Part shown: positions 1 through 12,508 of the stretch, piece after piece | Position numbering within the stretch: the first letter of the stretch is position 1 | Layout of the letters: every line of letters starts with the position of its first letter | NCBI RefSeq assembly: GCF_009914755.1 | Contig: NC_060947.1 | Source of the DNA: the human T2T-CHM13v2.0 reference genome, Homo sapiens | Strand: one strand, 5' to 3' | Length of the DNA: 64,000 nucleotides | Translations under genes and position numbers: made by a program | Notes under the pieces: model-generated | The model's database searches: none | What the model was told of the DNA's origin: nothing | Seen by the model: the letters and a program-made list of their open reading frames with translations, nothing else

Positions 1-101
1 TCCCATTACAGAAAATGAAAAGCTCAAGCACATTCTGTGTTTCTTTCTACTCTTGACTTCCCATCATACAATCTTCTTGGAGCCGGAGGAGTTATTTAGT
101 C

Positions 102-285
102 CAGGGGTGGATGCACTGCATTGTGCTGGCCAAATCTGGCCACACACATTCATTTGCATGCCTGTCTGTGGCTGCTTTTCTTCTACAATGGCAGAGTTGA
201 GTAGATGCAACAGAGATGCTGTGGCCTAAAAAGCTGAACCCATTTATTATCTGGCCCTTTGCAGAAAATATTTTGCTGACCCCTT
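102..285 (+). mobile_element. MER58A hAT-Charlie DNA transposon, internally deleted
   Basis: caggggtgg start; ggccaaatctggcc; tacaatggcagagttgagtagatgcaacagaga; tatctggccctttgcagaaaa...gctgacccttg end, resembling recalled MER58A consensus. Confidence 0.8.
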
Positions 286-372
286 GTTTCAGAGTTAAGA
301 AACCACAGACCCAATGGGGTAAGATAATTTGTCAAAACCATGCAGGCAGATAGGGATGGAGCCAGAAGCCTT
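286..372. mobile_element. MIR fragment
   Basis: cagagttaagaaaccacagacccaatggggtaagataatttgtcaaaacc resembles MIR core. Confidence 0.5.
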
Positions 373-1637
373 GGTTTTTTTGTTTGTTTTTTGTTTTTGT
401 TTTTTGTTTTTTTATGGCTTTGTGATGGATCCATGACCTGCTGCCTGGGTATCTACAGAAAGTCAGCACACATCACACAGCTGCACATTCTCTAATGCAA
501 ACTAACCTGTAAGAAACACACCTGTCCTATGATAGGCCAGCAAGAAAGGAGATACATAGGATTGCCGGCTTTGGGCTGGGGCTGTTTCCTCCCAAACAGC
601 GTTTCACACCACCAATTCATCCACATGGTGCCCATCTGCATTAAGAATAGAAAGCCAACAAATTATTCAGAACCTGACCGACAGATATGCAATGCTGGGC
701 TGCCTGGTGAATTTGAAGAGAAGACCCATCTGAAAGCAAATATCTCTCATTACGTTTCAAATGATGAGGAAAAGATGATGACACCCTATCATCTCATGAC
801 AGAAGTCATCATGAGATGGAAAATTTCCCTGACAGAAGAAGAAGTCAACCTCTCCCCCTTCTAATCCAACTCAGTCATATAGAAAAGTTAAATCATTCCA
901 AATAAGTTGTAGCTTCACTCTCTGAAACTCTTCCTCTGAGTTCTATGCAAACTCCTCAGTCAGGAATGTAAAATCTGCCCCCATTCAAGTTCATTCCTAT
1001 CTGCCTTATTTCCCACTGCTCTCTGACACACATACCAGGCTCAGAGCCCTGGGGAATTGCACAGTCACAGGAAATGCACAGAGAGATGACCCCATGGAAA
1101 GAAACGTGCCACCTAGAAGTCTTGTTCTGCTCCAGAAACCCATTTAATAGATCTACTTCAACACCTGCACGTCCATGGCCTTCTGACAAGCTTCCTTTCT
1201 TTGCACGCTGGAATTATCTCCTTTTTATGCATTTCATTTTTGAAGACTACCCCAAACACCACTGCCCTTAGGAAGTCTTGTGCAACTACTGGACTGCTTT
1301 TGGTTATATTCCTCTTTAATCCATCACCCAATATAGAACTTTGTGAATATCTCTTTTGGAGCATGTCCGCAACTCAAATTAGTAGTCATTTGCCTCTCAC
1401 CCATTAGACCATTTTAAAGGCAAGAACAGTTTTCCTCATCTTCCTAACCCTCACCTTGCCTTCCACATAATAGATTCTCAGAATTGGGTTGTAAGAGTTA
1501 AGAAAACTCAATAGTTACTTGTTGGCTTATGTTTATTGACATCACAGATGGATCTGATATTGTTCTTCTTTGGCATTAAACTCTCCGGATCATGAAATGT
1601 GTACATAAATGACTTAATACACAGAATTACTCAAGGC

Positions 1638-1846
1638 CAGGGATTGGCAGACTTTTCTGCAAAGACCCAGGTATTTTAGGCCTTTCTGGTCTCTGTTGCA
1701 AACGTTCAACTCTGCCGTTGTAGCATTAAGGGAGCCACAGACAATCTGTAAATGAATGGCTGTAGCTGTGTGTCAATAAAACTTTATTTATAAAACCAGG
1801 TGGTATAGGTTGGATTCAGCCCTCAGGCTGTAGTTTTCTAGTCCCT
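1638..1846 (-). mobile_element. MER58A
   Basis: cagggattggcagacttttctgcaaag...caactctgccgttgtagc...caataaaactttatttataaaa = reverse complement of MER58A. Confidence 0.8.
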
Positions 1847-2548
1847 CCAAACCCTCAACAAAAAGATCCTGCACCATTCTGGTGATGCAGAACCAAGTGA
1901 AATGTGGATGGAAACTACCTTGACATTTGTTTTCTATTCAGGAATTAAAACCACAGATGTTATTTTTTTCCCTCAGTAAAATCTTTTTAAAAAACGTTTG
2001 GGGCAATGCCTTGTATCCTAATCACAGTGCACATCACTCCTCTTGCATTCATTTGCTTTTGTCTCCTCATTTATTAGCACAATTTGCTTGCGAATCACTT
2101 GTTTTATGTAGCAGTTAAATCTAGGGAAATTAACTGAATTCAGAAATGTGGGCTTGGGCTGGAAATTCTTTTTTTTCCTATATTACAATGAAATAAATTT
2201 TTCCTCAGTTTTCCAAAATAATTATGTTAATCAATTCCTGAGTCTTCAGCAGACGTGAAAGCTAAGGGCACCTTTGGTTTAAGGGGCTACAAGCAGAGTC
2301 AGCAGCTCATCTATAAACTCATATTAACAGATTGAGACACAGAACAGAGAAAATCATTCTCCATCACCTCAACACTATAACCATATTCATCTTTCAACTC
2401 TGAGGTCCCCATCTACCTAACTTTTTGAATAGATTGCACCAGTTTAAAAATTATGTTGATATTTCCAGCCATTCCCAGAAAAACAAATTTCAGTATGGAT
2501 TATCTGACTTTCAGAGAAATACAGACAAGAAAAAAAAAAAAAAAAAGA

Positions 2549-2820
2549 AGGTCAGGCACAGTGGCTCATGCCTGTATTCCCAGCGCTTTGGGAGGCCGAG
2601 GTGGGTAGATCACTTGAGCCAAGGAGTTCAAGACCAGCCTGAGCAATAAAGTGAGACCCCATCTCTACAGCAGAAAATTAAAACAAACAAACAAACAAAC
2701 AACAACAACAAAAAACCCAGGACATTAAGGTTGTAGTGAGCTAAGATCAAGCCACTGCACTCCAGCTGGGGTGACAGAGTGGGACTCTGTCTCAAAAAAA
2801 ACAAAAAGACAAAAAAAGAC
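2549..2820 (+). mobile_element. AluJ with expanded A/C-rich linker and missing start of right arm
   Basis: ggtcaggcacagtggctcatgcctgta...gatcacttgagcc; linker aaacaaacaaac; right arm resumes at cccaggacattaaggttgtagtgagc. Confidence 0.85.
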
Positions 2821-3501
2821 AAGTCTGTTGATCTGATTAGAAGGGCAATAGTTGAAGCTTTTTCCACAAGTTCACAAGCTTTCTTTTTCATCTGGATAGC
2901 TTTATTTAGTACAGTAGTTAAGTCATCTCAGGATATATTTGAAAATCACATCTTAAAGTTTTTCTCAGACATTAGTTGAGACAAATGTAACCTGGAAAAT
3001 TTAGATGGAAAAGTTCACGGTGTTTGGAGATGAGTGGAAAGTTGGGAATTTCTCAGGAACATGCTCCATGTTGGTTGTGCTGTCTTGGCTTTTCAAGTTA
3101 CTCTAACTCTGAGGATGAAACTTCAAAATCTTTTTGGTCTACAATGAAAAAGAGCCATGCTATCAGGGGACTCTGCTTCTTTTCCACATTTTCTCTTGCT
3201 TTGTGATACAGGTTTCAGTGAAATCCACTGCTTCACACTCCATCTTTTTGGGTACTGAAATTTAGGGTTGCCCTTAAAGTTTCACAAAATTCAAGATAAT
3301 TTCTAACATTTAGTTGAGGCTTGGTGGGCCCAGAAGATCCTGGAGCTGCGTTTCCCACATTGTACTTTGCAGATCACTAGAGTCCGTCAGGGTCATGAGG
3401 TGGTCCTTTAAAAGGAGTTTCCTTTTTCAAATAGTTTGGGATGTGATTGCACAGCAAACCAGACAATACTCAGTGGAGAGTTGCTGGGTCCAGGTCGGGT
3501 A

Positions 3502-4268
3502 TGAGACAGAACTCAACACCAGAGGCAAAGCTTGGTCATGGGACCAAGTTGAGGAGTAGCTAAAACAGGGCCAAGGCAGAAGCAGGTTTCCATCAGACAT
3601 GCCCACCATTGTGCCACGTCAGTTACCATTGTCACGGCAACACCCAGGAGTTTCCACCCCTTTCCATGGCAATGACCCGATGACCCAAAAGTTACTACCC
3701 CTTCCCTAGAAATTTCTGCACAAACTGCCCCTTAATCTGCAGGAAATTAAAAGTGGGTATATGCCAGGCACTGTGGCTCACACGTGTAATCCCAGCACTT
3801 TGGGAGGCTGAGGTGGGCAGATCACCTGAGGTCAGGAATTTGAGACCAGCCTGGCCAACATGGTGAAACCCTGTCTCTACTAAAAATACAAAAATTAGCC
3901 GGATGTGGTGGTGGGCACCTGTAATCCCATCTACTCAGCAGGCTGAGGCAGGAGAATCACTTGAACCCAGGAGGAAGAGTTGGCAGTGAGCTGAGACTGC
4001 CGCTGCACTCCAACCTAGGCCACAGTGGGAGACTCCATCTCAGAAACAACAGCAAAAAAAGTGGGCATAAATGTGACACTCTCTGCCTACAGTGTTATCC
4101 CGTTCTGCAGGAAAAGTCACAGAGCTGTAACACAGCTGGAGCTGTAACATTGCTTCTTCAATAAAGCTGTTTTCTTCTACCTCCAGCTTGCCCTTCAATT
4201 ATTTCCTAGACACAGCCAAGAACCCTCAGGGATTAAACCCCACTTTGTGGCTTGCCTGACCTGCATCA
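3502..4268 (+). mobile_element. ERV1 solo LTR (LTR19-like) interrupted by an Alu
   Basis: TG...CA ends (tgagacag...cctgcatca), aataaa at ~4160, ccaagaaccctc terminal motif. Confidence 0.7.
3762..4058 (+). mobile_element. AluS (Sx/Sz-like)
   Basis: Full dimer with gatcacctgaggtcagg; TSD aaaagtgggtata / aaaagtgggcata. Confidence 0.9.
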
Positions 4269-4439
4269 TGGGAACTTCTCAAAGATGCAGAGAGATCCTG
4301 AAATATATGACTATGTTTTAACTTTCTTCCAACCAACATTTTCTAAACCACTTGGACAATACAAGCCATTTGTCTCAGGGTGGGCAATAGTACCTCAGCA
4401 ACATAATGTTTCCTAAAACACAGTGATGGAAAGGCTACA

Positions 4440-4612
4440 CAACCTCTCCAGTGCTCCTGAAGCTTTGTTGCCTATGTCAACCTCAGGGATCTTATGAAAA
4501 GGTAGGTCTCAGTTACGAGGTCAAGGGTGGGGTTGGAGAGTCTCTGTTTCTGACAAGCTCCCAGGTAGGGTTGCTGTGGCTGGTTCATGGACACACAGTT
4601 AGCAAAGTGCTA
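4440..4612. mobile_element. MER5A-like hAT fragment
   Basis: gtaggtctcag...ctctgtttctgacaagctcccaggt...gctggttcatggacacac. Confidence 0.55.
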
Positions 4613-4854
4613 AGAATCCAGCCATTGCAATTGATCTTTCCATCTTTCCAAGCTCCCTTGTGCTTCACTGAACCACACCAAATAAACACTCAGTGTTATT
4701 CAGCCTTTGCGACTATTGTTTGAAATCCTACCAGATCTGGGGTTTTAAGTCAAGCCCAGCTGCACATTAGCATCATTTGGGAGGCTTTTTAAAAAGATGA
4801 ATGCCTGTTCTCCAAACTATGATATCAGAATCTCTTGAGGGTGCTGTCTGGACA

Positions 4855-5970
4855 TTTTAAAATATTGAGACAAAATGTACATAACATTCAATTAACTGTT
4901 TTAGAGTGTACAATTCAATGGCTTCTAGTACTTTCACAGTGTTGTGCAACTATCACTTTTTTCTTTACCCCAAAAGGAAACCCAGTGCCTGTTAGCAGTC
5001 ATTCCTCATTCCCTGCTCCCATCCTCAGACCCCAGCAATCACTAATTTACTTTCCATGTCTATGGCTTTTCTTATTCTGAATATTTCATATAAATAGAGT
5101 GATACAATATGTGGTCTTTTGTGTCTAGCTTATTTCACTTAGTCTAATTTTTTAATCTATATTGTAGTATACACTAGTAGTTTATTTCTCTTTATGGCTG
5201 AATACTATTCAACTGTATAGATATACCACATTTGTTTATCCATTAATCTGTTGATATACATTTTGTTTGTTTCCAAGTGTGATTATTGTTAAGAGCCCTG
5301 CTATTAACATTCATTTACATGTCTTTGGATACCTGTTTTTAATCTTTTGGGGCATGGATGGATAGATAGATATAGATAGATAGATAGATACACACATATA
5401 CACACACATATACACACATACACACACACACACACACACATATATGTATATAAAATATGCCTAGGAGTGTAATTGCTGGTTCATATGGTACCATAGACTG
5501 AATGTCTCTGTCCTCCCAAAAGTCATACATACGTTGAGATCTCAACCCCCAAGATGGAGCTATAAGAGGTGACTTAGATCTTTGGGACATGATCTAGGTG
5601 ATGAGGGTGGAGGTGATGAGCGGTGATGAGGGTGGAGCCCTTATGAATGGAATTAGTGTCCTTATGAAAAAGGCCCCAGAGAGCTCCCTCACCTCTTCCA
5701 CCATGTGCCTTCTCCACCACACAGCGAGAAGGCCCCGTCTATGAACCAGGAAGCGGGTTCTCACCAGGCACTGGATCTGCTGGTGCCTTGATCTTTGAGC
5801 CTCCAGAACTGTGAGATGGAAATGTCTACTGTTTATAAGCCACCCAGCCTATGGCATTTTGTTATGGCAGCCAGAAAGGACTAAGACATATGGTAACTCC
5901 GTTTTCACCTTACTGAGGAAATGACAAACCCTTTCTCACGGTGGCTGTGCCACTTTACATTCTCACTGGA
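4855..5970 (-). mobile_element. Old L1M (L1MB-like) 3' region with (TAGA)(CA) microsatellite and MLT1A0 insertion
   Basis: gtgtacaattcaatggcttctagtactttcacagtgttgtgcaactatcac; atttcatataaatagagtgatacaatatgtggtcttttgtgtc; cctaggagtgtaattgctgg. Confidence 0.8.
5489..5888 (+). mobile_element. MLT1A0 MaLR solo LTR
   Basis: gactgaatgtctctgtcctccc...tctatgaaccaggaagcggg...ggactaagaca; exact 5-bp TSD tatgg (5484-5488 / 5889-5893). Confidence 0.85.
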
Positions 5971-6099
5971 GAACGTCACTGGACATTTATACCTTTTTAA
6001 AGGTTCCCCATTGAGTGCGATCACCAGCAAGTGTGGACAGCACTATCCTGCAACCAAGGACGGCCTTATTCACACACTTAATACACATGTATTTAATTC

Positions 6100-6590
<491 letters not shown>

Positions 6591-7760
6591 ATAATTTTAT
6601 AATTTGCAATAGTTTCACTTCACCCTATAACATACGCACTTTCCCACATCCTGTACTATTATTTGAAAACACAGTTTAACATCTACTTGTAATCTTTTAA
6701 TATAAAACAAGCCCACTATGCACTTAATCATTATATCTGGGGCCATTTGATTTTTCCCATTTTTTATGAAATACAAATAATACTCCATGAATACTCTTGA
6801 CAATAAATATTTCCACACATCTCGGAATATTTCCTTGAGTTAAATTCAGAATCATAATTACCAAATTACAGCGTTTAGACATTTTTATCTTTATGCTGTG
6901 TTGGCCACTTCATTGGATCTGAGCTCTTTCTGTGGAGGGAAAACCAATACTTTCATTCATCACAAACAAGGAAGACAATATGGGTTATTGGCTATTTTTA
7001 TTCTATTGCAAATATTGCTGGATCACCAATTCTGGGTTAATTTTTTTCTCAATCCAGGAGAAATAGATGCTATATATTTCCAGTCTCACTGCTTCCTTGC
7101 TATTTATGATGCTTTGCCCAGCTTTTTAATTTATCAGTCCTCAGTTTCTGTACCTACACCTTAAGGGTAAAAATACCCTACCTACTTAGTGGTATAGATA
7201 ATAATGATAGAACTTGTGCAGAAAGCCCTTTGTAACTGCCGAGCACAATACAACATGTGAGATATTTTTATAACTAGGCTCAGTGCTTTGAAAAGTTCAC
7301 TCCCAGAGGACTCCCCCAATAGAAATATCCTCATTTGCTTTGAGCCGTGGCTTTCATCAGCCTGACCTAAGCTGTATTATTTGCTCTGAATTCTTTAGGG
7401 ATCTGCAGAAGCTTTACTATTCACATATGCATATTTTGCAACTGTATGAATGCACTCCTTAAATTTCTGGGAGTTGGTTCACCTTAGGCAGAATTTGTAA
7501 ATAGTATATTTCTGGCTTATTTTCTATTTCCTTTTTATTTTAAGCCATGTGCCGATTCCATTGCATCCATCTTTACAGAGCTTGCCTCAAATCCTTTTTG
7601 GGGAAGAGGCAATAGAGAAACAGAAAAACAAGTCAACAAGCAAGCAGATAGATACAGTAGCACACTGTAGGATCTATTTGATACTTCCTCTTCCTTTCTG
7701 AACCTTTATAGCAAGGTCTATACTTACATGGAAACTTTAAATAGAAACTATGACACCTAC

Positions 7761-7784
7761 CCGGAAACAGGTAAGGCTATCCAT
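7761..7784 (-). CDS. Candidate 8-codon N-terminal coding segment MDSLTCFR, phase-0 donor
   Basis: gaaaATGG strong Kozak context (A-3, G+4); 24 nt to CGG|gtaggt; no downstream exon recognised in the window; gene not recognised. Confidence 0.35.
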
Positions 7785-8068
7785 TTTCACCAGTTGACTG
7801 TAAAAAGCCTCGGTTTTCTGTCTGAATTAGGAAAATTTGTAGACTTTGAGAGGTGCAAATGAGCAATAGTCTACTATAGTGCTGCTTTAATAGCTTCGAA
7901 AGATACCTGTCCCCCCGCCACGAACCCATGCTACAAGTACTCTTTTTTCCAGTAAAGATGCATTTTGAAAAGACTATTCCGAGGCAGATAAGAGAAGCTG
8001 TTGGCATGTTTTAATGAGGGAAAATGAGAAGGGGGCTGTAGAAACAGCTCGACAGACTGCTCATCAGA
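7761..8068 (-). other. Candidate first exon of a minus-strand transcript (~300 nt)
   Basis: Repeat-free; begins ~30 nt downstream of a minus-strand TATA box; ends at donor CGG|gtaggt (7761/7760), with an alternative donor CAT|gtaagt at 7728/7727; TSS position inferred. Confidence 0.5.
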
Positions 8069-9010
8069 GCAGAAGGAAGCTTCTATGCCTTTTTATAGAC
8101 ACGCTGGCCCCCTTACGTCCCTGAAATATTCTCTCTCCAAAGTTTCAAAGGTAGGACTTGCTAAGCGGGCAGTCCCGAAAGGGAAGTCTTGGAAACACCC
8201 TCTATCTGGAACAGGACCTACCCACACTCTGGTAAAGAATAGGGTATCTATACATCCCCAACGAAGAAACTGAGCTGAAAAACCAGGATGACGAGGCATG
8301 CAAATCTATTTGCAACCTTGGGCCAAGCTCCCAAGGCCAGCCACCCTGAGCATTGCTGCTTTGCCCTCTTTGATTTCCAGGGAATTAACACTCCTCAAGT
8401 TCCCCTGCATGTCACCTGCAGCCTGGGAGAAACATGGTGACTTGGGGCTCCCTGCAAGACACGGGATGTGTGATTCAGCCCCTTTTGATGCAGTACTTGA
8501 GGAAATGTCAGGGAGCAGAGAGTGAATAATCATTTGCATCCAGAGTGCCGCAGGCAGCTCTCCAAGAGGGAGCCCGCAGAAGTTGAGGCTTCCGAGGAGG
8601 CCGGGGACCCCTGTTTAGTTTTGAACTCAGCATGGGGGGAGAAAGAGAGATAGAGAGAGAAAGACCATTTCCCACAGAGCCGACAAATGCAGGGTTAAAT
8701 AAAAACAGTGGTACCCGTGGAAGAACGGGGAGAGCGTGCCAGCTGGAGCCTTTATTTCATGTTAATCATTCTTGTAGTTGCTGTAGCCTGAGAAAGACAC
8801 ATTTGTTATGCAGACAGTGTTCGTTGTCAAAGACTGATCAAGAATGCAGGAGTGCGGCCACAAAATGAATTAGCTCTCTGGATACCAAATGGGAAAGCCA
8901 ATTCGAACCAGAGCATGGCACAAGGGCTCCAGCAGGATTGAAATATACTAGGTGCGCATAAGAGCGAGCATTGTGACCACTGCTAATTATTTGCTATTTT
9001 TAGCACAGGC
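8069..9010 (-). promoter_or_regulatory. Candidate TATA promoter / proximal enhancer
   Basis: TATAAAAAG on minus strand (8097-8089); CRE-like TTACGTCC 8113-8120; perfect octamers ATGCAAAT 8298-8305 and ATTTGCAT 8532-8539; perfect MEF2 site CTATTTTTAG 8994-9003; locally raised CpG; no repeats. Confidence 0.55.
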
Positions 9011-9553
9011 AATGAGAAAGCAAAGAGCAGGGGGAGGGGAATGCGGCAATCCAACAACAGGGTTCATTCAGAACGCCGCCGGGGGTTCACAGACCTCCGT
9101 CCATGTCCACTTCCCATGCTCCAGAATGGCCTTTATTTTTAAACTCAATAATTTTTCATTCATCCTCCTTGTGAATGTTAGGAATGTCTGCAGTTCTGAG
9201 CATGCCACAAAAGAAGACCTGTGCTGTGCCGAGGGTATGAAAGCAAAGCAGTGTGAAAGCAAAGCTTTGCTGTGCCCCAGAGAGAAACAGAACAGAAGGT
9301 CCCAATAAAGACAGAGGGTCTTTTCTAAGTGGGCACCCACTGAGCCTGTCGACCAGGAGAGATGGTCATTTTCTGTGCTTGCGTTGACTCACTTCTACAT
9401 TCTTGGACTTCCAACCCTAATCTAAAGCTCAGATTCCAAGCGTTTCAACTGCCCTTGGACCAGGCTTACTGACAGGTAGATTACATTAGGTTTCCCCACT
9501 TGACATAACGGCATTGCAGCTTAAGGCATGACCATGGAGCTACTCTATTGTCA

Positions 9554-9864
<311 letters not shown>

Positions 9865-10022
9865 TCAAGGGAAAGAAAACTCTCCCTCTTGAAGTTCTAT
9901 AGCATGTTCTTGTACTTGTATCAAAAATGCCATTAAAAAGAAACAAATATAGATAGACACATTCTTCTCTTTAAAACCTCAAAAATATTAGGCATATTCA
10001 GAAAAGCAAAGGAAAAAATCCT

Positions 10023-10345
10023 TTGTGTATATATGTATATATACATATTGTATATATACACACATATATACACATACACACACATATACACATACACACA
10101 TTCTTGATCAGCGTCACATATGTATCTATGAATATGTGTGTGTGTATGTGTATATACATATATACACACACAAAAGACTGTATAATCTATATTATATATA
10201 TAATTCTTCTGAATTATCCATTTGAACTTTTAAGATCCCATCAAACCACACCATGTCTACACTACTTAAGACATGATTTAGGCTCACAGACTTAAACTAC
10301 AGAGTGTTTAAGTGTATACACATATATTTAGATATAGATATAAAC
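10023..10345. repeat. (TA/CA/TG)n complex microsatellite containing a non-repetitive insert
   Basis: Alternating purine-pyrimidine tracts flanking a unique 100-bp segment at 10207-10306. Confidence 0.9.
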
Positions 10346-10683
10346 ATTTTAGTCAGTCAAGACACTGTATCACTGAAAATAGCTCCATGGATTCTCACCA
10401 AATAAAGAAGGCAGGGATAGGCTGGTCCAATACAGGCTTCATGGTTTGCATGGAAAAGACAAATGATCATCCCTCAGAACAGCCAAAAAGTTGATTTGCA
10501 ATTGAGATGCTTTGCACCTGAGTGAGTCCTCATCCTAGGCTTTAAGGCGTGTAGCAGCAGGAACTCATTAGATGCATGATGGCGAATGAATTCCCCAATT
10601 ATCTCATCTCAGGATGAGAGGCTGGCTGGATAAACATGTACACACACACACACACCCCACCACCGCCACCACCACCAAAAACA

Positions 10684-10970
10684 GGCCGGGTGCAGTGCCT
10701 CACGCCTACAATCCCAGCACTTTGGGAGGCTGAGGCAAGCAGATCACTTGAGGCCAGGAGTTTGAGACCAGCCTCGCCAACATGGTGAAACCTCGCCTCT
10801 ACTAAAAATACAAAAATTAGCCAGGTGTGGTGGCACACACCTGTAATCCCAGCTACTCAGGAGGCTGAGGCAGGATAATCGCTTGAGCCTAGGAGGTGGC
10901 ACCACTGCACTCCAGCCTGGGTGACAGAGCGAGACTCTGTCTCCAAAGAAAGAAAAACAAAAACAACAAA
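10684..10970 (+). mobile_element. AluSz-like with short right-arm deletion
   Basis: ggccgggtgcagtg...; ctaggaggtggcaccactgc lacks the ggaggttgcagtgagccgagatc segment. Confidence 0.9.
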
Positions 10971-11087
10971 AATGCAAGTAAGAGGGAGGACAGCATTATA
11001 ATATTACCTATTAGGATGAAATACTACTCATTGGCCAAGCTACACACACACACATGCACACACACACAACAACAATAACAACAGCAA

Positions 11088-11127
11088 CAGCAATCACATA
11101 TCACACCAGCAATCACATATCACACCA
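11088..11127. repeat. 19-bp perfect tandem duplication
   Basis: cagcaatcacatatcacac x2. Confidence 0.9.
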
Positions 11128-11627
11128 TGGCATGACTTGGTGGTAAAAGATATTCATTCATCAAACTTTTATGGGTCTGATATTCTAATATGTCCAGGTA
11201 ATACAAACTTGATTCATTCTCAAGGGATACGCATCTAAAAGGCCATGGGTCACCCATTACGGCACTCTTTTTTTATGATCATTCTGACATGATCAATCTG
11301 TGTCACATGATGACTTCTTGGGATAAAGTTACATGCAACTTCTCCAAAACACTTTTTCCCTCCCAATTTTGGACCCAGAGATGAAAGTAATTCATGGACA
11401 AACAAGGAACAGGTAGGTTCCTGCCTCTCAGAATCCTCTGAAGGATCAAAGGTATGTTTTTGAGCTGCCTACACCTGAAATCCTGATTTGGCTTTTGATT
11501 CTGTTTTCAGAACAGAAAGTGCATGTCATGGACTCCATAGAAGTCTCTTTCTGGGGAGTGCTTTAATGAGCCTAAGTAAATCCTTTGCCTCCTTTGTAAA
11601 GTTCCAGGAGAAATAATTCCACTAGGG

Positions 11628-11800
11628 AAGTAGTTCTCAGAGAGGGGATCCTTAGCAATGCCTGGCAATACTTTAGGACTTTCAGAGTTGTTAGATTATT
11701 GGAGGATGGATTCAGGGATGCTACTAAATATCTTACAATGCACACAACAGAGAATTATGCAGCCTAATGTATTACTAATGCCAAGGCTGAGAAACTCTGT
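11628..11800. mobile_element. MER20 hAT fragment
   Basis: cagggatgctactaaatatcttacaatgcaca...caacagagaattat...aatgccaaggctgagaaactctg. Confidence 0.7.
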
Positions 11801-12196
11801 TCTTTTGGTGGTTATGTACCTGAGCAGGTTGGGTCATACCTGACACAGTGTTGCCTGGATTTGGCAAACCTGGTGAAGAGAAACGCTTATCAGAGTCCTT
11901 TTCTCAAGAGGATTTTTTTTTCTGAATTATCCATATGAACGTTTAAGAGCCTATAAAACCACATCGTGTCTACACTGCCTAAGACATAATTTAGGCTCAT
12001 GGGCTTAAATCGGAGAGTGCTAGAAATGTGGACATAACTCCTGGAAACACGGATAGTATTGGGTGCTCCTGGGTTCATGCCAGGCCGGGAAATTCCGGTG
12101 CCCTAGTAGTTGATTCTCCCTTTTCCTTTCTAAATACAAACCCCGCCTGTGAACAGTACAGCTCCATCCCTGGATACATTTTAAAACACATCTAAT

Positions 12197-12508
12197 TGCC
12201 GGGCACAGTGGCTCACGTCTGTAATCCCAGCACTTTGGGAGGCCAAGGTGGGTTGATCACCTGAGGTCAGGAATTTGAGACCAGCCTGGCCAACATAGTG
12301 AAACCCCATCTCTACTAAAAATATAAAAATTAGCTGGGCGTGGTGGCAGGTGCCTGTAATCCCAGCTACTCAGGAGGCTGAGGCAGGAGAATCACTTGAA
12401 GCCAGGAGGTGGAGGTTGCAGCAAGCAGAAATCGCACCACTGCACTCCAGGCTGGGCTACAGAGCAAGACTCCATCTCAAAATAAAATAATAAAATAAAA
12501 TAAAATAA
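12197..12508 (+). mobile_element. AluSx-like with (TAAAA)n tail
   Basis: Full dimer; TSD core cacatcta on both sides. Confidence 0.9.

Noticed and set aside
529-864. 111-aa ORF in unique sequence
   Set aside because: No recognisable domain, promoter or convincing splice sites; length is compatible with chance
102-1846. Two inverted MER58A copies as ends of a composite transposon
   Set aside because: Each has its own termini and I see no shared 8-bp TSD; independent insertions are simpler
7761-7784. Assigning a gene symbol to MDSLTCFR
   Set aside because: I do not recognise the peptide and no downstream exon is identifiable in the window
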